Assembly: GCA_965217585.1 (NCBI GenBank)
Contig: OZ244561.1
Location: 1,120,001-1,184,000 of the forward strand
Length of the DNA stretch: 64,000 bases
Reading direction: 5' to 3'
Source: Candidatus Latescibacterota bacterium
GTDB taxonomy: Bacteria > Latescibacterota > UBA2968 > UBA8231
The position numbers and the translations under genes were made by a program. The notes beneath the pieces were generated by a model, which was given only the letters and a program-made list of their open reading frames with translations, was not told where the DNA came from and made no database searches. Every line of letters begins with the position of its first letter. Positions within the stretch are counted from its first letter, which is position 1. Below are positions 17,712-28,156 of this stretch, one piece after another.

Positions 17712-19363
17712 GCACCGAGAGGGCGGGTCGCTATACACCCCGAGCGGCTGAGAGCCTGCGCCCGCCAGCGCCCGACTACGGGATCATCCTGAACAACGAC
17801 GGCGGCTACCTGAAACACGCCGAGTTCCCGATGTCCGTCGAGGATCTGCTGGAGCGGATCTACGGGCCCCTAACAGGGACCCAGGTCGGCGCCCTGTCGT
17901 GGTGTGTGGGGGTCGAGGAGGCACACTGGCCCTCGGACCGGCTGCCGATGATCGGCGAGGCGGAGGGCCGCCGGTACCTCTCCGTCCGCGACATGCGCCG
18001 GGCGGAGAGCCTGCGGGCGATGTTCGATGGCCGCGTCGACCTGTACGGCCAGCTCGTACGCCGCGGCCACCAGATGGGGCTCGGCGTGTACGCCTCGGTG
18101 CGCATGAACGACAACCACTTCTGGTCCGATGCCGAGCGCCGGGCCAAGCCGCTGCGGCCGGAGGAGATGGCAGCGACGGAGCGACCCCATCTCACGGCGT
18201 TCCGCAAGAGCCACCCGGAGTGGGTGCTCGGCGCAGCCAAGGCACCGGCTTGGGCGGCCACGTCGTGGAACATGGCGGTGCCGGAGATCCGCGAGTACAC
18301 CCTGCAACGCATCGCCGAGGCCTGCGAGCTGGCGGACTGGGACGGCGTCGAGCTCGACTGGCAGCGCCATGCCTTCCACCTGCCCGAAGAGGACGCCTAC
18401 CGTCTGCGCTACACCCTCACCGATCTGCAGCGCGCCGTGCGCCGCCTCACCGACGCGATTGCCCAGCGGCGCGGACGGCCCTTCCACGTGATCGTGCGCG
18501 TCGGCGCCTCCCGGGAGACGAACCGGCGCGTCGGCTACGACCTAAAGGCCTGGATCGAGGAGGGCCTGTGCGACATCGTCGTCACGGGGGCGAACTCGGG
18601 GACCGATCCGGACGTGGAGGTGGAGGCCTACGTGGAGATGATGCGAGGCAGCGAGGTGCGGCTGTATCCCGGGTTCGACAGCCACGGCGAGTGGGGGCGC
18701 GGACACCTGCTGCCCGCCGAGCAGTGGCGAGAGGCCTGGTTCCGCGGCCTAGCCACCGGCTTCTACGAGCGCGGTGCCACGGGCGTGCATCTATTCAACT
18801 GGCACAACCACGTGCACGCGGCCCGGCCGCTGCTGCAGAGCCTCGGCGCACCCGACAGCCTGCGGCGCACGGCCAAGGTGTACACCGCGGTCAAGCGCCA
18901 CATCCGCGACCGGAGCGAGCTGCGCTACGGCGCCGAGCGGGACGATCGGCTGCACGGCGAGGTGCCCGTCGATCTGCTGCGCACCCTAATGGGGGGCGGT
19001 CCGCGGTTCCACATCGGCGTGTACGAAGAGGTGTCGGAGGACGCGGCGCTGGAGCTGCAGGTCGATCTCGACCACCTGTCGCCCCGGGACCGGGTCGCCG
19101 TGGAGCTCGACGGGCAGCGGCTGGGGGACCCGGTGCGTCGCAGCCCGGCGGCCGAGGAGGCGGCGAATCCGGCGGACGTGTCCGAGAACACGTGGTTTGT
19201 CTGGCCGCTGGTGCCGGCACAGGTCGGCAAGGGCGTCCACGTCGTCGGCATCGACCTGCGCGAACGCGACCCGCGTCTGCGACCGCCGGTCGTGGTGCGG
19301 AACGTGGAGCTCCACGTCAGCTACCGCCGCGGCGGGAACACGAGCGCCGAAGGGATTGACTGA
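17708..19363 (+). CDS. Glycosyl hydrolase-like (GHL10-type TIM barrel) protein
   Basis: ATGA overlap at 17708. Motifs 'ILNNDG', 'SVRMND.H', 'HPEW', 'DGVELDW.R' and 'GVHLFN'. Confidence 0.7.
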   Translation: MSTERAGRYTPRAAESLRPPAPDYGIILNNDGGYLKHAEFPMSVEDLLERIYGPLTGTQVGALSWCVGVEEAHWPSDRLPMIGEAEGRRYLSVRDMRRAESLRAMFDGRVDLYGQLVRRGHQMGLGVYASVRMNDNHFWSDAERRAKPLRPEEMAATERPHLTAFRKSHPEWVLGAAKAPAWAATSWNMAVPEIREYTLQRIAEACELADWDGVELDWQRHAFHLPEEDAYRLRYTLTDLQRAVRRLTDAIAQRRGRPFHVIVRVGASRETNRRVGYDLKAWIEEGLCDIVVTGANSGTDPDVEVEAYVEMMRGSEVRLYPGFDSHGEWGRGHLLPAEQWREAWFRGLATGFYERGATGVHLFNWHNHVHAARPLLQSLGAPDSLRRTAKVYTAVKRHIRDRSELRYGAERDDRLHGEVPVDLLRTLMGGGPRFHIGVYEEVSEDAALELQVDLDHLSPRDRVAVELDGQRLGDPVRRSPAAEEAANPADVSENTWFVWPLVPAQVGKGVHVVGIDLRERDPRLRPPVVVRNVELHVSYRRGGNTSAEGID

Positions 19364-19482
19364 GGAACTGGCGGGCGAGCTACTGCACGCAACTCGGCAC
19401 CTCCGGCTACAGCCGAGTTCCCCTCGTCGCGGTAGTGATTGATTTCGGGTGCCTCGCCCATGCTGTGCCAAGCATCGCAGAG

Positions 19483-20355
19483 TTACCGGACGGGCTCCCT
19501 AGCCCCACTTTGGACAATGGCGTTCCTCACGATCCTGAATCCCTGGAGGATGTTGTATCTCATACTCGGTACAGAGGCCGACCTCGCTGCGGAACGGGCG
19601 AACAGAGATGAGCTGTTCCTGCTGCCTCCCCGGACGGCTCGGAATTCACCCCGCCAAGGCCGGGCAGGACCGACGAAACCGTTGTGCACATATTCGCTTG
19701 GTCTGTTCGAGCACCACTCGCGGGCGTTCCCATACATGTCGAACAACCCCCAAGGGTTCGGTCTTTTCTGGCCGACCGGATGTGGGGCAGCGGCCGAATT
19801 CGCGAAAACCCAGGCGTGCTCTCCAAGCTCGTCGTCCGAGTCCCCGAAGTACCAGATCGTATCCGTACCTGCGCGGCAGGCATACTCCCACTCCTCCTCT
19901 GTGGGGAGCCGGTACAGATCGGCACCGAGGGCCCGATTCAGTGCCGCGACAAACCCGACCGCTCGGTCCCAAGAGATGCACACCGCCGGCGCATCTGGAT
20001 CGTACGGGAGGTAGTGGCCCCAAGGTGCGGTGCCCATCACCGAGACCCACTGTTTCTGGGTTATCTCGTACTGGCCCATATAGAAGCCTCTCGTCTGGAA
20101 GAGATGCGCGGGTTGCTCTCCTTCGACCTCTGTTTTGTGGGCACCAAGGACGAGCAGCCGCTTCGCCCTCTCCGGCGTCGTGCCGATCGCGTCACTGCCA
20201 GATGGAATCCAGCGAAGGGTCATGAGCTCGCCGCCCGGGAGATAGGCAACCTCCTCCTCGCCGGGCGACGGCTGGGCGACGGTTTGCGCCTGCACCGGCA
20301 GGATCGCGGAGATTGCGGCGATCAGCGTTGACCGGGGATATGCCAATACTCGCAT
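19483..20355 (-). CDS. FGE-sulfatase (SUMF1) domain exported protein, probably non-catalytic
   Basis: Motifs 'RLPTEEEWEYACRAG', 'PNPWGLFDMYGNAREW', 'RGGS' and 'GFR'. The catalytic Cys pair after RGGS is missing. Confidence 0.85.
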   Translation of the reverse strand: MRVLAYPRSTLIAAISAILPVQAQTVAQPSPGEEEVAYLPGGELMTLRWIPSGSDAIGTTPERAKRLLVLGAHKTEVEGEQPAHLFQTRGFYMGQYEITQKQWVSVMGTAPWGHYLPYDPDAPAVCISWDRAVGFVAALNRALGADLYRLPTEEEWEYACRAGTDTIWYFGDSDDELGEHAWVFANSAAAPHPVGQKRPNPWGLFDMYGNAREWCSNRPSEYVHNGFVGPARPWRGEFRAVRGGSRNSSSLFARSAARSASVPSMRYNILQGFRIVRNAIVQSGAREPVR

Positions 20356-20361
20356 AGGGCT

Positions 20362-22776
20362 TCATCGCGTCGTAATGACGAAATAGGGCGTCTGGGTGCG
20401 CCAGTCCGGCCAGCGGGTGGCCCGGCCATCGTCGAAGAGAAACTCGAAGAACACCATCAGATCCCAAGCGGGATCAATGGAATCGCCGGGGATCACCGCT
20501 CGATACCCATCGCCCTCGGAGCGCATATCGACGCGGTCGAAGTCAAGAGCCTGATGGGCGATTCGGTGATAGCAGCGGACGGTGGACGGGGTGGGAGATT
20601 CGCACCGGATGCAAATCACTAAGTCGCGTCCCGCCGTAACGCAAGTCGGAGGAACGAAGGTCACCTCCGGCGGATCGAGATGGACGTCGCCGCCGGGAAA
20701 CGGTCCGAAGTCGGCAGACGGAATCTCCGGCTGTTCCACAATGAGTGCATCGATGGCAACCAAGTCGCGCTCGATCACAACCAAGTCGTCCTTCCAGTGG
20801 CCCGCGTGGCCTTTCTCGCGGAACCCGAAGACCAAATCGTCGCAATAGGAACCCTCAGCCGCCGAAGACAGCGCCGACCAGTGGTCCCGTGCCTGGAGCA
20901 GGTGTTGTCGAACGGCGGACAGGCGACGGACCTCGCCAGCCTTGCGATGAAAGGCGAGATGGACGGCTGCCAGTTGGCGGCAGGCATGATACTCGGCCAG
21001 ATGGGCGAGCAAGGTGAAGTCGAGGAGAGTATGGCGCAACTCCGGCTCCGTCGAATCTCCACCGAGGCCGGTTAGAATGCCGCGCACCTGAGCGGCTAGC
21101 TGGCGCAGGTGATGAGCCACTTGGGGCGGCGTCCATTTGCCGCAGAGTCGATTGCCCAAGGCGTCTTCCACGTACTCGTCGATGCCATAAAACCGAGTTG
21201 GATCGCTGGGCTCGACCTGCGTGTCCTCCGCCAAACTGCGGCCGGCGAAGCGCTCGGGCCAAAAGGTCCAGAGGCTGGCTGAATGCTGCAACACCACGGT
21301 GAGCAGAGGCAGGATCTGACCGCCGATGCGGTAGAGTTCTTCCACTGAGGCCGCGACGGCACCAAAGCGATGACGCAACTCCCGCTGCCAGACTTCGGAG
21401 GAAGCGTCCGGGTCATAGCCCAAGCGGCCAAATAGCATATAGAACAACCAGTGACGCCGATGCTCCTCAGCGTGACACCGAAATGCAGGATCGGTGCTAG
21501 CTGACCACGGCTGCTGCTCGTCGCGGACGCCTTTGTTCGTCAGCGGTGCCATCACCTCAAAGCCATCGCCGCCAAAGGTGCAGGAGCCAGCGAAGCGCCG
21601 CACCCATTCGGGATCGGCCCAGAGCAGCACGCGCTGGCTCCCCGCGCTCCACAGGCGGTGAATCAGCGCAAAGGAGCGAGGCTTGCGCAGCAAATCCCAG
21701 GTACCGTAGCGGCGGTAATTTTTCTGGTCGAACTGCTGAATGGCCGGCATAGGATAGGGCATGCCTAAATGCTCGCACCAGTGCTTGGTGGAGATCACCG
21801 TGTCGGGGACGAGCTCTTGGGCGAGTTCGATAGTGTCGTCGGTAAGCCCCTTGGCGCGCAGGTCCAGGCGGATGGGGCGACCGCACTCGGCAATGGCGCG
21901 AAACTGCGGCGCGTAGTACTCGGCCTGGCGATCCTCGGCAACGCCGGATTCGTAGTTCATGCGGAACTGAACCCCATCGATCCCTAGGCAAACGGCCAGC
22001 AGGCGCGCAAGCCCAGCGGCATTGTATTGTGCCAGCATCTCAGATGTAAGACCCTCCACCATAGAGTCCCCGTAGTCCTGGGCGTGCTGAGACCAGACGC
22101 CGAAAGTGAAGTGCAGGCCGCGCTGACGAGTCCACTCAGCAATGCGAATCAGCATTTCCAGATGCCGCGCACACTGCTCTGCGGTAAAACCGATGGGACG
22201 GACCTGGGGGAATTCGGGGACTTCCAACAGAAAGGGATAGGGTGGCGACAGGTAGGCAATCTGGTGGCCGAAGGTGAGACTCAGATTGTTGTAGCGGCAG
22301 CGCGCCAGCCGCTCCAAGTACTCGTCCCAGAACTTCTCGTCGTAGAACCAAGCCTCTTCGAGCCGACGGTTGCAGAGGAACAGTTGCATACTGCGCCAAG
22401 CCAAGTGCGGCGATTGGATCGCGGGAGCGATTGCCGCGAAAACGTCAACGTCCGGCGCGGCTAGCTCGACAACGCGTGCCGCTTCAAGCAAAGCGTACAT
22501 CAGGCCGCGCTCGTCCCTACCGCAGATGAGGAATCCGCCAGCAGAAAGAGGATGGAGGACCAGAGATTCGGGTGCGTCGGGACAGTGCACGCCAGCGCGA
22601 GTAAGGGCCTCCTCCACGGCCGGCGATTGGCCGGCTAGGCCAATGATGAGACCGGGATCTGGCCTGGGCGCGGCAACGATCTCGACGGATTCTCCGCGCA
22701 TGCCGAGGGCGTGTATTAACTCGTCTAATGCCCAGCGAGCGGCGCGGGATAGCTCTGTATCGACAACGATATTCAT
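20362..22776 (-). CDS. Large hypothetical protein, putative glycoside hydrolase (GH20/67/115-like N-domain)
   Basis: 804-aa ORF. 'GRDERGLMYAL' N-domain motif, TIM-barrel-like middle and beta-rich C-terminus. Confidence 0.55.
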   Translation of the reverse strand: MNIVVDTELSRAARWALDELIHALGMRGESVEIVAAPRPDPGLIIGLAGQSPAVEEALTRAGVHCPDAPESLVLHPLSAGGFLICGRDERGLMYALLEAARVVELAAPDVDVFAAIAPAIQSPHLAWRSMQLFLCNRRLEEAWFYDEKFWDEYLERLARCRYNNLSLTFGHQIAYLSPPYPFLLEVPEFPQVRPIGFTAEQCARHLEMLIRIAEWTRQRGLHFTFGVWSQHAQDYGDSMVEGLTSEMLAQYNAAGLARLLAVCLGIDGVQFRMNYESGVAEDRQAEYYAPQFRAIAECGRPIRLDLRAKGLTDDTIELAQELVPDTVISTKHWCEHLGMPYPMPAIQQFDQKNYRRYGTWDLLRKPRSFALIHRLWSAGSQRVLLWADPEWVRRFAGSCTFGGDGFEVMAPLTNKGVRDEQQPWSASTDPAFRCHAEEHRRHWLFYMLFGRLGYDPDASSEVWQRELRHRFGAVAASVEELYRIGGQILPLLTVVLQHSASLWTFWPERFAGRSLAEDTQVEPSDPTRFYGIDEYVEDALGNRLCGKWTPPQVAHHLRQLAAQVRGILTGLGGDSTEPELRHTLLDFTLLAHLAEYHACRQLAAVHLAFHRKAGEVRRLSAVRQHLLQARDHWSALSSAAEGSYCDDLVFGFREKGHAGHWKDDLVVIERDLVAIDALIVEQPEIPSADFGPFPGGDVHLDPPEVTFVPPTCVTAGRDLVICIRCESPTPSTVRCYHRIAHQALDFDRVDMRSEGDGYRAVIPGDSIDPAWDLMVFFEFLFDDGRATRWPDWRTQTPYFVITTR

Positions 22777-22858
22777 ACGGCGATCATTTCCCTTTGTGTG
22801 TCTATATTAAAAAAAGATACTTTACCCTTTTAAATTATCGAATATTAGATTGCTCGTC

Positions 22859-24439
22859 ATGGCGGACTCCACGTACGACGGCATCATCCTTGGAACCGGC
22901 CACAACAGCCTGATCCTGCAGGCCTACCTCTGCCGGGCCGGTCTACACGTCGTGAGCCTAGAGCGAAACATCGTAGTCGGCGGCGGACTGCGCACCGAAG
23001 AGTGGCCGGTCGGCTCCGGATTCCTGCACAACACCCACTCGTTCTACCACCGAGGTGTAACCCGGATGCCGTGGTACGCCGAACTCGAACTCGAGCGGCA
23101 CGGTGCCCACTACCTCGAGCCCGAGTTGAACGTGGCCATGCTGCTCCCAGACGGGCGCTCCCTAACTTGGTGGACGGGTTTCGAGCGCACCGCCGACTCC
23201 TTTGCTCAATTCAGCCGCCGAGACGCCGCTAGCCTGCGCCGCTGGCGCGAGGCATTCCTGCCGATCGTGACGCAAATTCTGGAGCCCGAAGCGCAGACAC
23301 CCCCGCTGTCGCCCCCAGAGCGCCAGCGCCGCTTGGAAGCCACGGCCGAAGGCCGCCTGCTCCTAAAAACGAGCGCCTACTCGCCACGCGAATTCGTGCT
23401 GCGCGAGTTCGAGAGCCCAGCAGTGCAGGCCGGCCTCCTGTTCTTCAACGGCCTGCGCGAAGTCGACCCGCGCGCGCCCGGCTTCGGCCACCACATCCCG
23501 GCTCTGTTGGCCGCCCGCGGTAAGGCGCAAATGTGCGTCGGCGGCTCGGCCCGGCTGGCCGAAGCCCTCGTCGCCGCCGTCGCCGAGGCCGGGGGCGAAG
23601 TGCGCACCAACGTTGAGCTGACGCAGATCGCGGTGCAGCCTGTCGCCGGCGAGCCGGGACGAGCCGCCGGGGTCGTCACAGCCGGGGGAGAGCGGATTGA
23701 CGCCCGCCACTTTATCGCCTCGGGCCTCAACCCTCAGCAGACCTTCCTCGACCTAATCGACCCCGCGCACTTGCCAGCTTCCTGGCGCGACCAAGCCGCT
23801 GCATTCCGCTACAACCTGCTGGCACCCCTGTTCGGCCTCTACCTCAACCTCGACGAGGCCCCAGCCTACTCGGCGGCCGAGGTCAGCCCCGAGCTGGACG
23901 ACGCTTTCATGGTCCTCCTCGGCCTGCAGTCGGTGACCGACTTCGACGACATGGTACGGGCTCACGAGCAGGGCCAATTGCCGCCGACGGTGATGTGGGG
24001 ATCCTGTCCCAGCCGCTTCGACGCCACTCAGGCACCCAGCAATGCACACACCGCCTTCATGTGGGAGAAGGTCCCCTTCCGTCTGCGTGGTCACGCCGAC
24101 AACTGGGACGCAGAGGCCACAGCCCACGGCCATCGCATGTTCGACGCCTGGGCCGATTATGCACCGAACCTACGGGATGTCGTGCGCCAGTACCTGATCC
24201 GCCCGGTCCACCACATCCCCAAGCTGCTGCCGAACATGCGCGACGGCGACCTGCTGGTGGGCTCCCTCGGCCACGGTCAGGTCGGCTACAACCGGCCCTT
24301 TTCGGGCGCTGGTCACTACCGGGGCTATCTGGCAGGTTTATACCTGTGCGGTTCGTGCTGCCATCCGTCGGGGAACATCACCGGGCTGCCAGGCTACAAC
24401 GCGTGGCAGGTGATCGCCGCGGACCTGGGGTTGGATTGA
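22859..24439 (+). CDS. Phytoene-dehydrogenase-like NAD(P)/FAD oxidoreductase
   Basis: Rossmann 'YDGIILGTGHNSL' and 'ER...GG', C-terminal 'GLYLCGS..HP.G.ITG.PGYNA'. Confidence 0.85.
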   Translation: MADSTYDGIILGTGHNSLILQAYLCRAGLHVVSLERNIVVGGGLRTEEWPVGSGFLHNTHSFYHRGVTRMPWYAELELERHGAHYLEPELNVAMLLPDGRSLTWWTGFERTADSFAQFSRRDAASLRRWREAFLPIVTQILEPEAQTPPLSPPERQRRLEATAEGRLLLKTSAYSPREFVLREFESPAVQAGLLFFNGLREVDPRAPGFGHHIPALLAARGKAQMCVGGSARLAEALVAAVAEAGGEVRTNVELTQIAVQPVAGEPGRAAGVVTAGGERIDARHFIASGLNPQQTFLDLIDPAHLPASWRDQAAAFRYNLLAPLFGLYLNLDEAPAYSAAEVSPELDDAFMVLLGLQSVTDFDDMVRAHEQGQLPPTVMWGSCPSRFDATQAPSNAHTAFMWEKVPFRLRGHADNWDAEATAHGHRMFDAWADYAPNLRDVVRQYLIRPVHHIPKLLPNMRDGDLLVGSLGHGQVGYNRPFSGAGHYRGYLAGLYLCGSCCHPSGNITGLPGYNAWQVIAADLGLD

Positions 24440-24459
24440 CCGGGCGGACGCTCGCCTTG

Positions 24460-25014
24460 CTAAAAACCGCAGGCCTTTAAAACCGGATGTTCCAAAACGG
24501 ACGCGACTTCCGCCCAAGCCCGTTGGCTATTCTCTTGCTCAAGGTCTGGGTAAAATCCGAAATCGAGATATACTTTGACGGCGGGAATCCGCCCGCTTGA
24601 GGTGCCGAGAAAACTGCGCTCATGGAATCGCTTGAGGCATGCCATCGCCACAGACATCATCGGCTTGGCAAGCCCGCGTCCCTGATAGTCCGGGAGAATC
24701 GCGACCCAATGAATCTGGCCCCACTCCTTGCCGTTTAAATCGGGCTGCCACCACGCTGTGATGGTCCCGATCTCTTCGCCAGCGTTGGTGGTCAAGTAAA
24801 AACTTCGGTCCTCCAGCGCCCCAAAATCGCGGTTGAATTCGCGCTCAAAAAGCTGGTCGTCAACGTCGAAGTGCAGTTCTGCCGCTCGCTGAATCCGCGT
24901 CCAGATAGCCCCTTCATGCGGACGGTAATTCCGCATGGCAAACCCTTTGGGAATGGGAAATTGTGGAATATCTTCCATATGCTCGCGGATCATTCTGACA
25001 CTGTAGTTTTTCAT
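24460..25014 (-). CDS. GNAT family N-acetyltransferase
   Basis: Acetyl-CoA motif 'VAILPDYQGRGLAK' and 'AVKVYLDFGF'. Confidence 0.88.
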   Translation of the reverse strand: MKNYSVRMIREHMEDIPQFPIPKGFAMRNYRPHEGAIWTRIQRAAELHFDVDDQLFEREFNRDFGALEDRSFYLTTNAGEEIGTITAWWQPDLNGKEWGQIHWVAILPDYQGRGLAKPMMSVAMACLKRFHERSFLGTSSGRIPAVKVYLDFGFYPDLEQENSQRAWAEVASVLEHPVLKACGF

Positions 25015-25094
25015 CGGTGCCTGCTACTTTTTGTTCCATATTATAATGAGATCCTATCGCTAGCCTATATTTTTCCATTTCGAGGGAGGTGACC

Positions 25095-25742
25095 ATGCAA
25101 GCGAATCTTGTGACGTTGATCCGAATATTCTTGGTGTTCTTGGTAATTGGACTGTACAAAGTCAACACCATCGCCTGCGGGGTGGCGGTTTTGCTGACGA
25201 TCGCCACCCTTTACATGGACGCGCTCGACGGTATCATTGCCCGCCGCCTCGGCATCGAATCCGATCTGGGCGCGATGTTCGACATCGCCGGAGATCGCAT
25301 CGTAGAGAACGTCTTCTGGGTTTATTTTGCGTCGATCGGCATGGCCAGCTTCTGGGCGGCGGCCATCGTCGTCGCCCGGAGTTTCCTCATCGACTGGCTG
25401 CGGACGCTCGCCTTTGTGGACGCGGGCAAGACCGCATTCGGCAGTAAGACCATGATGCAGAGCCGGTGGGCGAAAGCGCTCGTGAGCTCTCGCTTCAGTC
25501 GGGCGCTCTACGGCTTTACCAAGGCGGTCGTGTTTGTCTATCTGGGCGCGGTGCTGCTGATTCAGTCCGGGCAAGCCGAGTATGGTTGGTCAATCGGAGT
25601 GTCCACGGAGTTGCTGCTGCTAATCGGGCAGGCAATCGTCTGGTTGACGGTGGTGATGTGCCTAGTGCGGGGTATCCCGGTAATATGGGACAGTCAGGAC
25701 GTTCTATTTCGCAAAATGTTTCCCGGCTTATTGCGAGATTAG
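25095..25742 (+). CDS. CDP-alcohol phosphatidyltransferase (PgsA-like)
   Basis: 'ANLVTLIR' and the signature 'DALDGIIARR....SDLGAMFDIAGDR'. Confidence 0.9.
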   Translation: MQANLVTLIRIFLVFLVIGLYKVNTIACGVAVLLTIATLYMDALDGIIARRLGIESDLGAMFDIAGDRIVENVFWVYFASIGMASFWAAAIVVARSFLIDWLRTLAFVDAGKTAFGSKTMMQSRWAKALVSSRFSRALYGFTKAVVFVYLGAVLLIQSGQAEYGWSIGVSTELLLLIGQAIVWLTVVMCLVRGIPVIWDSQDVLFRKMFPGLLRD

Positions 25743-25750
25743 CCAGTACC

Positions 25751-26389
25751 GTGAAAGCCGCGATATTCGATCTAGACGGGACGCTGCTACCCGGTACCAG
25801 CGCCGAAAGGGAGTTCATCCGCTTCGCGCTGACGACCGGCCAGCAGACCGCCCCAAAGGCGGTTCGCGCGTTCCTATCTTGGGTCGTCCGCATCCCTACC
25901 CACGGCATCCAGTCCAACAAAACTTACTTCGGCGGCGTCGAGATGAACCTGCTCGCAGAGACGGCAGAGACCTTCTGTCGCCAGCAACTAACTCGCCGCA
26001 TCCCAGATCAGGCCCAGCGTCTGATCGCCGCCCATCGCGCCGCTGGAGATTGTCTCGGCATTGTGTCGGGGGCACCGCAACTCCTGATCGCACCCCTGAA
26101 GGCCCTCCTCGATCTGGATTTCGTCGTTGGGACCAAGCTGGTCTGCAAGCAGGGACGCTTGACGGGCGACTTGGACGGCCTTCGCGTATCCGGGCCTGAG
26201 AAGATCCGCCAATCGGAAGAAGTGGCGCGCACCTACGGATTCGATCTGCGCGAATCCGCGGGCTACGGAAACGCCTTCGACGACCGCTTCTTGCTGGCGG
26301 CAGTCGCTCGTCCCGTCGTGGTCAATCCAGACCGCCAGCTAGCGCGTCTGGCTCGCAAGAAGGGCTGGCCGATCTGTATCTTCTTTTGA
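25751..26389 (+). CDS. HAD-IB family phosphatase
   Basis: GTG start at 25751. Motifs 'FDLDGTL', 'VSG', 'GPEK' and 'YGN..DD...L......VVNPD'. Confidence 0.85.
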   Translation: MKAAIFDLDGTLLPGTSAEREFIRFALTTGQQTAPKAVRAFLSWVVRIPTHGIQSNKTYFGGVEMNLLAETAETFCRQQLTRRIPDQAQRLIAAHRAAGDCLGIVSGAPQLLIAPLKALLDLDFVVGTKLVCKQGRLTGDLDGLRVSGPEKIRQSEEVARTYGFDLRESAGYGNAFDDRFLLAAVARPVVVNPDRQLARLARKKGWPICIFF

Positions 26390-26424
26390 AGGACAATCTA
26401 GAACCTTGATTCCGAAGGAATATT

Positions 26425-27312
26425 ATGGCAAACGCAAAAAGCCGATACGTCAACCCCTCCAGAGTCATGCTAGGGGAATGCACCCGCAAGGAAATTCGCG
26501 AAGCGCTGCAGAGCGGCAACCTGAAAGCCGCCATCATCCCCATCGGCGCAACCGAGCAGCACAACGAACACCTGAGCTTGGATCTGGATATTGTCCTGTC
26601 CACGTTTATCTCCCAGCAGGCCGCCTTGCAACTCTACCCACAGGTCACGGTCGCTCCATCTTGTCCGGTGGGCTACTCTCCGTACCACATGGCGCGCAAG
26701 GGTACGCTGACGTTGCGCAAGGAAACGTTGCAAGCCTACATCTTCGACGTCGCAGAAAGCCTGAAAACCCACGGCATTCGCACGATTCTGGTCGTCAACG
26801 GTCACGGCGGCAATCATGGCTTGCTGCGGGACGTGCTGCCGGCGTGGCGACGAGACTTGGGTATCACGCTGGATGAGAATTCGTACTGGATGGGACTTAC
26901 GGACGAGGACCGGGAAACCATCCTCCAAGGCTATCGAGATCTGCAAGCGGGCAAGCTGGACACGGTGGCGCGACAAACGGCGCTAAACCATGCCTCAGAG
27001 GATGAGACGTCCGTGATGCTGGCGGCTTGTCCGCAACGGGTCCGCGCTTTCACCATGGAAGCGTATGACGCCGCTGGCTTGGATTACGCCCACAATCTAT
27101 CGCCTGAAGTCGAGGCGTATCTCGAACCCTTTTCCAAAGAGGGTTGGCCGCAGGGCGGACCAAACCCGGAAAACCCGCGCGACCGCGCCCGCCAAGAAAA
27201 CGCCTTGCTTGCCAGCGTAGAAAAAGGGGAAGCACTCATCTCCATCCACACCCAATTCATCGCCGACAAGTTGCAGCAAATGATCGCTGCAACAGAAAAG
27301 GGGCACCCCTAG
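26425..27312 (+). CDS. Creatininase/amidohydrolase family protein
   Basis: Motifs 'IPIGATEQH..HL', 'NGHGGN' and 'HA...ETS'. Confidence 0.88.
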   Translation: MANAKSRYVNPSRVMLGECTRKEIREALQSGNLKAAIIPIGATEQHNEHLSLDLDIVLSTFISQQAALQLYPQVTVAPSCPVGYSPYHMARKGTLTLRKETLQAYIFDVAESLKTHGIRTILVVNGHGGNHGLLRDVLPAWRRDLGITLDENSYWMGLTDEDRETILQGYRDLQAGKLDTVARQTALNHASEDETSVMLAACPQRVRAFTMEAYDAAGLDYAHNLSPEVEAYLEPFSKEGWPQGGPNPENPRDRARQENALLASVEKGEALISIHTQFIADKLQQMIAATEKGHP

Positions 27313-27331
27313 CCTGCGCCTGAATGAAAAC

Positions 27332-28156
27332 TTACGCTGGATTCGAGACGGGTCCACCCGGCGGCACGCGGGAAAATTCCATTTCAAGATGAGTCTTGGG
27401 CACGTGCATGTTGCTTTCGCTTAGGGGCTGCCAAGTCCACGAGACCTGCCGCCGACTGGCGCGCTGATCGATGATCTGGCGTCGCACCAGCCCAATCCGC
27501 CATATATCGCCAGCGGCCGGGGGCAGACTTTGCGCGTCCGCCAGCCTTTTCAACCCCGCCCAAGGAAAGGCCAGTTCCACGCTCCAGCCTTGGTCGATAT
27601 CATCCCGTTTGTTCAGGGTGCCTTCGACCTGCACCCCGACCTGCAACCCCGGAAAGCGCCAGTGCGAAAAAGCCCAGCGCATGGCGCGATAGTCGGAATT
27701 CGATCCCCCGCCCAAGACTTCGGGCCGCTGTACCGCCAGATCGAACTCCGGCACGTCGTAGCGACCGCCGCGCTGATAAGCCTCCTTCCAGATGTAGAAC
27801 ATTTCCGAGATCGCGCCCAGCGGATTGACGGCTAGTTCGTAATATGCTCTCCGACCGACGAGGAGCACCCCCGCGTTATTGTCCTGCCGGACTAACGGCG
27901 AAGCCTCTTCCTCCGTACCCCACACATCGCGATCTTCCAGCCAGAAGCCCACGTATAGGTTCTGGTCGTCCCACAGCATGGCCGCCCGGGTATCGAAAAG
28001 CGATCGCTGTCCGGTGTGATCCCCAAAGCGCGGGGAGTGCTGCGCCCGAGTCCAAACTTCCTCCTGCAGATGACCGTCCACATCAATGGCATCCTCGGTC
28101 TTATGGCAGATGTAGCGCACGGTCTTCGCTGTCGAGAACGCTGTCTTATCACTCAT
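27332..28156 (-). CDS. Carbohydrate-binding family 9-like (DOMON-like) protein
   Basis: Motifs 'VDGHL.E..W', 'WDDQNLYVGF' and 'GWSVELAFPW'. Paralog of the neighbouring gene. Confidence 0.8.
   Translation of the reverse strand: MSDKTAFSTAKTVRYICHKTEDAIDVDGHLQEEVWTRAQHSPRFGDHTGQRSLFDTRAAMLWDDQNLYVGFWLEDRDVWGTEEEASPLVRQDNNAGVLLVGRRAYYELAVNPLGAISEMFYIWKEAYQRGGRYDVPEFDLAVQRPEVLGGGSNSDYRAMRWAFSHWRFPGLQVGVQVEGTLNKRDDIDQGWSVELAFPWAGLKRLADAQSLPPAAGDIWRIGLVRRQIIDQRASRRQVSWTWQPLSESNMHVPKTHLEMEFSRVPPGGPVSNPA

Noticed and set aside
19483-20355. FGE-domain protein as a diversity-generating retroelement target or as a true formylglycine-generating enzyme
   Set aside because: No reverse transcriptase or template repeat was seen in the window, and the catalytic cysteines are absent.
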